From NCBI GenBank assembly GCA_051252135.1, contig JBPOGH010000003.1, positions 128,001 through 192,000 on the forward strand: 64,000 nt of DNA. The letters are read 5' to 3'. Source of the DNA: Verrucomicrobiaceae bacterium (GTDB taxonomy: Bacteria > Verrucomicrobiota > Verrucomicrobiia > Verrucomicrobiales > Akkermansiaceae). The notes beneath the pieces were generated by a model. It was not told the DNA's origin, searched no databases, and saw nothing but the letters and a program-made list of their open reading frames with translations. This document shows, piece after piece, positions 61,798 through 64,000 of this stretch (its first letter is position 1; every line of letters begins with the position of its first letter). The position numbers and the translations under genes were made by a program.

Positions 61798-62840
61798 GCC
61801 TCCTCCCCAAAGATCGCCCCGCCCTCTTCCTCGCCCCCATGCAGGACGTCACCGACCTCCCCTTCATCCGGGTCATGGCCGCCATGGGCGGTGCCGATGT
61901 CTACGTCACCGAGTACTTCCGCGTCTACGAGAACTCCCGCCTCGACCCCTACATCCTCCGCTCCATCACCGAAAACCCCACCGGCCAACCCATCATCGCC
62001 CAAATGATCGGCCAACACCCCGGCGCCCTCGTCCACATCATCAACGAGCTCAAAAAACACCCCGTAGCCGGCATCGACCTCAACCTCGGCTGCCCCGCCC
62101 CCGTCGTCTGCCGCAAGGACGCCGGCGGCGGACTCCTCCGCAACCCCGATAAAATCGATCACCTCCTCGGCACCCTCCGCGCCGCCTGCGGCGACACCCC
62201 CTTCACCGTCAAAACCCGCGTCGGCTACGAATCACCCGACGAGTTCGACACCCTCCTCAGCGTCTTCAAAAAACACGACATCGCCCTCCTCACCATCCAC
62301 GGCCGCACCGTCAAAGAACGCTACCAAACCCCCGTCCACCCCGAAAAAATACGCCAAGCCGCTGCCGAGCTCCCCTGCCCCGTCATCGCCAACGGCAACG
62401 TCGTCAATCTCGCCACCGGCCTAACCTACCTTCAGGAAACAAACGCCGCCGGCCTCATGATCGGACGCGGCGCCATCCGCCACCCCTGGCTCTTCTCCCA
62501 ACTCCGCGCCTCCTTCCTCGGTCAAAAAATTCCCCAGGTCACCGGACGCATGATCCTCGAATACATCACCCTCCTCTATCAGGAGACCGCCCGCGAGCAC
62601 ACTGACTTCATCGAATCCAAACACGTCCAAAAGATGAAACGCTACCTCGTCTACATCGTCCAGGGCCACACCCCCGACTTCGAGCACGCCATCCGCCGCG
62701 TCAAAACCCCCGACGAATTCTTCTCCACCTGCCACACCTTCCTCGACCACCACGACCCCGCCCCCGACCTCCCACCCGAAAACTCCAAACTCTTCTGCGG
62801 CTTCTCCCAGTTCCTCCCCTCAACCAAGCCTTCAACTTAA
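61794..62840 (+). CDS. dus: tRNA-dihydrouridine synthase family
   Basis: [37 protein letters not shown] and MIGRGA. Confidence 0.92.
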   Translation: MSLLPKDRPALFLAPMQDVTDLPFIRVMAAMGGADVYVTEYFRVYENSRLDPYILRSITENPTGQPIIAQMIGQHPGALVHIINELKKHPVAGIDLNLGCPAPVVCRKDAGGGLLRNPDKIDHLLGTLRAACGDTPFTVKTRVGYESPDEFDTLLSVFKKHDIALLTIHGRTVKERYQTPVHPEKIRQAAAELPCPVIANGNVVNLATGLTYLQETNAAGLMIGRGAIRHPWLFSQLRASFLGQKIPQVTGRMILEYITLLYQETAREHTDFIESKHVQKMKRYLVYIVQGHTPDFEHAIRRVKTPDEFFSTCHTFLDHHDPAPDLPPENSKLFCGFSQFLPSTKPST

Positions 62841-62928
62841 AACAAATCCCCCCTCTCCGGGCAGGGACGCCTTTCCAAGCCGTCCGACTCCTCCCACCCC
62901 GCCCCCACCAAAGCCCCCCCCCCGCAAA

Positions 62929-63000
62929 ACACCTCCCACCTCCCACCTCCCACCTCCCAATTCCCAATTCCCAATTCCCAATTCCTAATTCCTAATTCCA
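62929..63000 (+). repeat. Heptamer microsatellite grading CCCACCT to CCCAATT to CCTAATT
   Basis: About 10 tandem 7-mers. Confidence 0.9.
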
Positions 63001-63017
63001 CTCCCCCCCTCCTTCAT

Positions 63018-63100
63018 GCTGCCAAAGGCAGCAAACATCCAAAGCATGGGGCTTCAGCCCCATGTCCCCTCACCTCCACAACCGCATGCTGAAGGCATGC
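63018..63100 (+). repeat. Three-hairpin REP-like element
   Basis: GCTGCC-AAA-GGCAGC, 10 nt, AG+CATGGGGC-TTCA-GCCCCATG, 19 nt, GCATGC-TGAAG-GCATGC. Confidence 0.75.
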
Positions 63101-63357
63101 CACACCCTTGCCCAACCCCTAAAGGCCACCTCATAAATACCTCATGAGCATCTTTGCGTATGCGCATGACATCAGGACAGTCCATCCCATAGATCCACCA
63201 TTGCCCCGCGAATCGATTTGCCTACGGCGTGTATTTTTCCGCCGTGATGAGGCTCGCTGGGATAGCGGTCTAATTTCATTTTAAACCACCTTTATCCTTA
63301 GGGATCTTTAGCTTTCAAGCTTTACAAATTACATATCTTCGCTCATAAGGTGTTCAA

Positions 63358-64000
63358 ATGAAAAGCCTTAGCCTATTTTTACCCCTGTTGCTGGGTTCTT
63401 CCCTTGTGGAAGGACAGGTGCTGTGGGCAGTCGATGAGACGAATTTGAATGCGCTCTACGGCTTCACCGATTTCTACGGACCGGGGGCAGCACCCAATTA
63501 TACCAACTATGGCTCGCTCCTATACAACAACGGCGTTGCCTGGGTCGATTTTGACGGAAAGGACATCGAGTCGTTCGCAATCTCCAATGCGAACATCGCC
63601 TACATGGTCGTGAATGGAAAAATCACCATTACCGGAAATGAACATCGCCGGGCGCTGATGTCTCTCGATTTGAATCAGACGCTGAGTTCGGGCTCGGTTC
63701 AGACGAACTTTATCGCGAACCTGGGAGGCTCGGACGACGCCTTCGAGGCCTTGACCTTCAGTAATGATGATGGCTTCCTTTACATGGGCTATTCTCCGAT
63801 TGCCGACGCGAACAGCTCCGACACCACCCCGGATCAGCTCTGGCGGGTGAGTCCAACCACCGGGGCCACCACCATTATGGGAGATCTTACCGGCCTTGGT
63901 CAGTCAGTGGGCTACCTCGACGGGATGGATTTCGCGGGATCGAAGCTCTATGCCTTCGATAACAATGATGATCATCTCTATGAGATCAATCCGGCCACCG
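63358..64000 (+). CDS. Secreted beta-propeller-like protein, 3'-truncated (absent from the ORF track)
   Basis: ATG 63358 gives MKSLSLFLPLLLGSSLVEGQVLWAVD...EALTFSNDDGFLY..LWRVSPTTG..DGMDFAGSKLYAFD..LYEINPAT; open to the window end; unskewed DNA. Confidence 0.8.
   Translation, partial: MKSLSLFLPLLLGSSLVEGQVLWAVDETNLNALYGFTDFYGPGAAPNYTNYGSLLYNNGVAWVDFDGKDIESFAISNANIAYMVVNGKITITGNEHRRALMSLDLNQTLSSGSVQTNFIANLGGSDDAFEALTFSNDDGFLYMGYSPIADANSSDTTPDQLWRVSPTTGATTIMGDLTGLGQSVGYLDGMDFAGSKLYAFDNNDDHLYEINPAT

Overview
Chromosomal segment of a PVC-superphylum bacterium, most likely Verrucomicrobiota (Akkermansiaceae/Verrucomicrobiaceae-like). The assignment rests on PEP-CTERM proteins, a PSD1/DUF1501 pair, a PVC-type CxxCH haem protein and an SHD1 domain. 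About 50 CDSs are present: ilvY-ilvC, leuCD, tdh-kbl, fabF, an RND pump, ExbBD, a Tro/Ytg Mn/Zn/Fe ABC transporter whose permease is fused to a DtxR repressor, a DUF6036 toxin-antitoxin-like pair and a Y1/IS200-type transposase inside a repeat array. Main observations: (1) a probable selenoprotein hidden from the ORF track, a secreted SHD1-thioredoxin with W-U-G-P-C at an in-frame TGA (2413) followed by a SECIS-like hairpin; (2) extreme C-over-G skew on the + strand regardless of gene direction; (3) intergenic DNA built from reusable modules (7-mer, 9-mer and REP-like) punctuated by one strand-polarised motif, AACCAAGC; (4) several three-hairpin elements related to the transposase-flanking repeats; (5) a 3.5-kb island bounded by a duplicated 36-bp terminator and carrying a fossil 3' end of a gene found 40 kb away. 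No rRNA, tRNA or CRISPR array was seen. All family calls come from motif recognition by eye, not from database searches.
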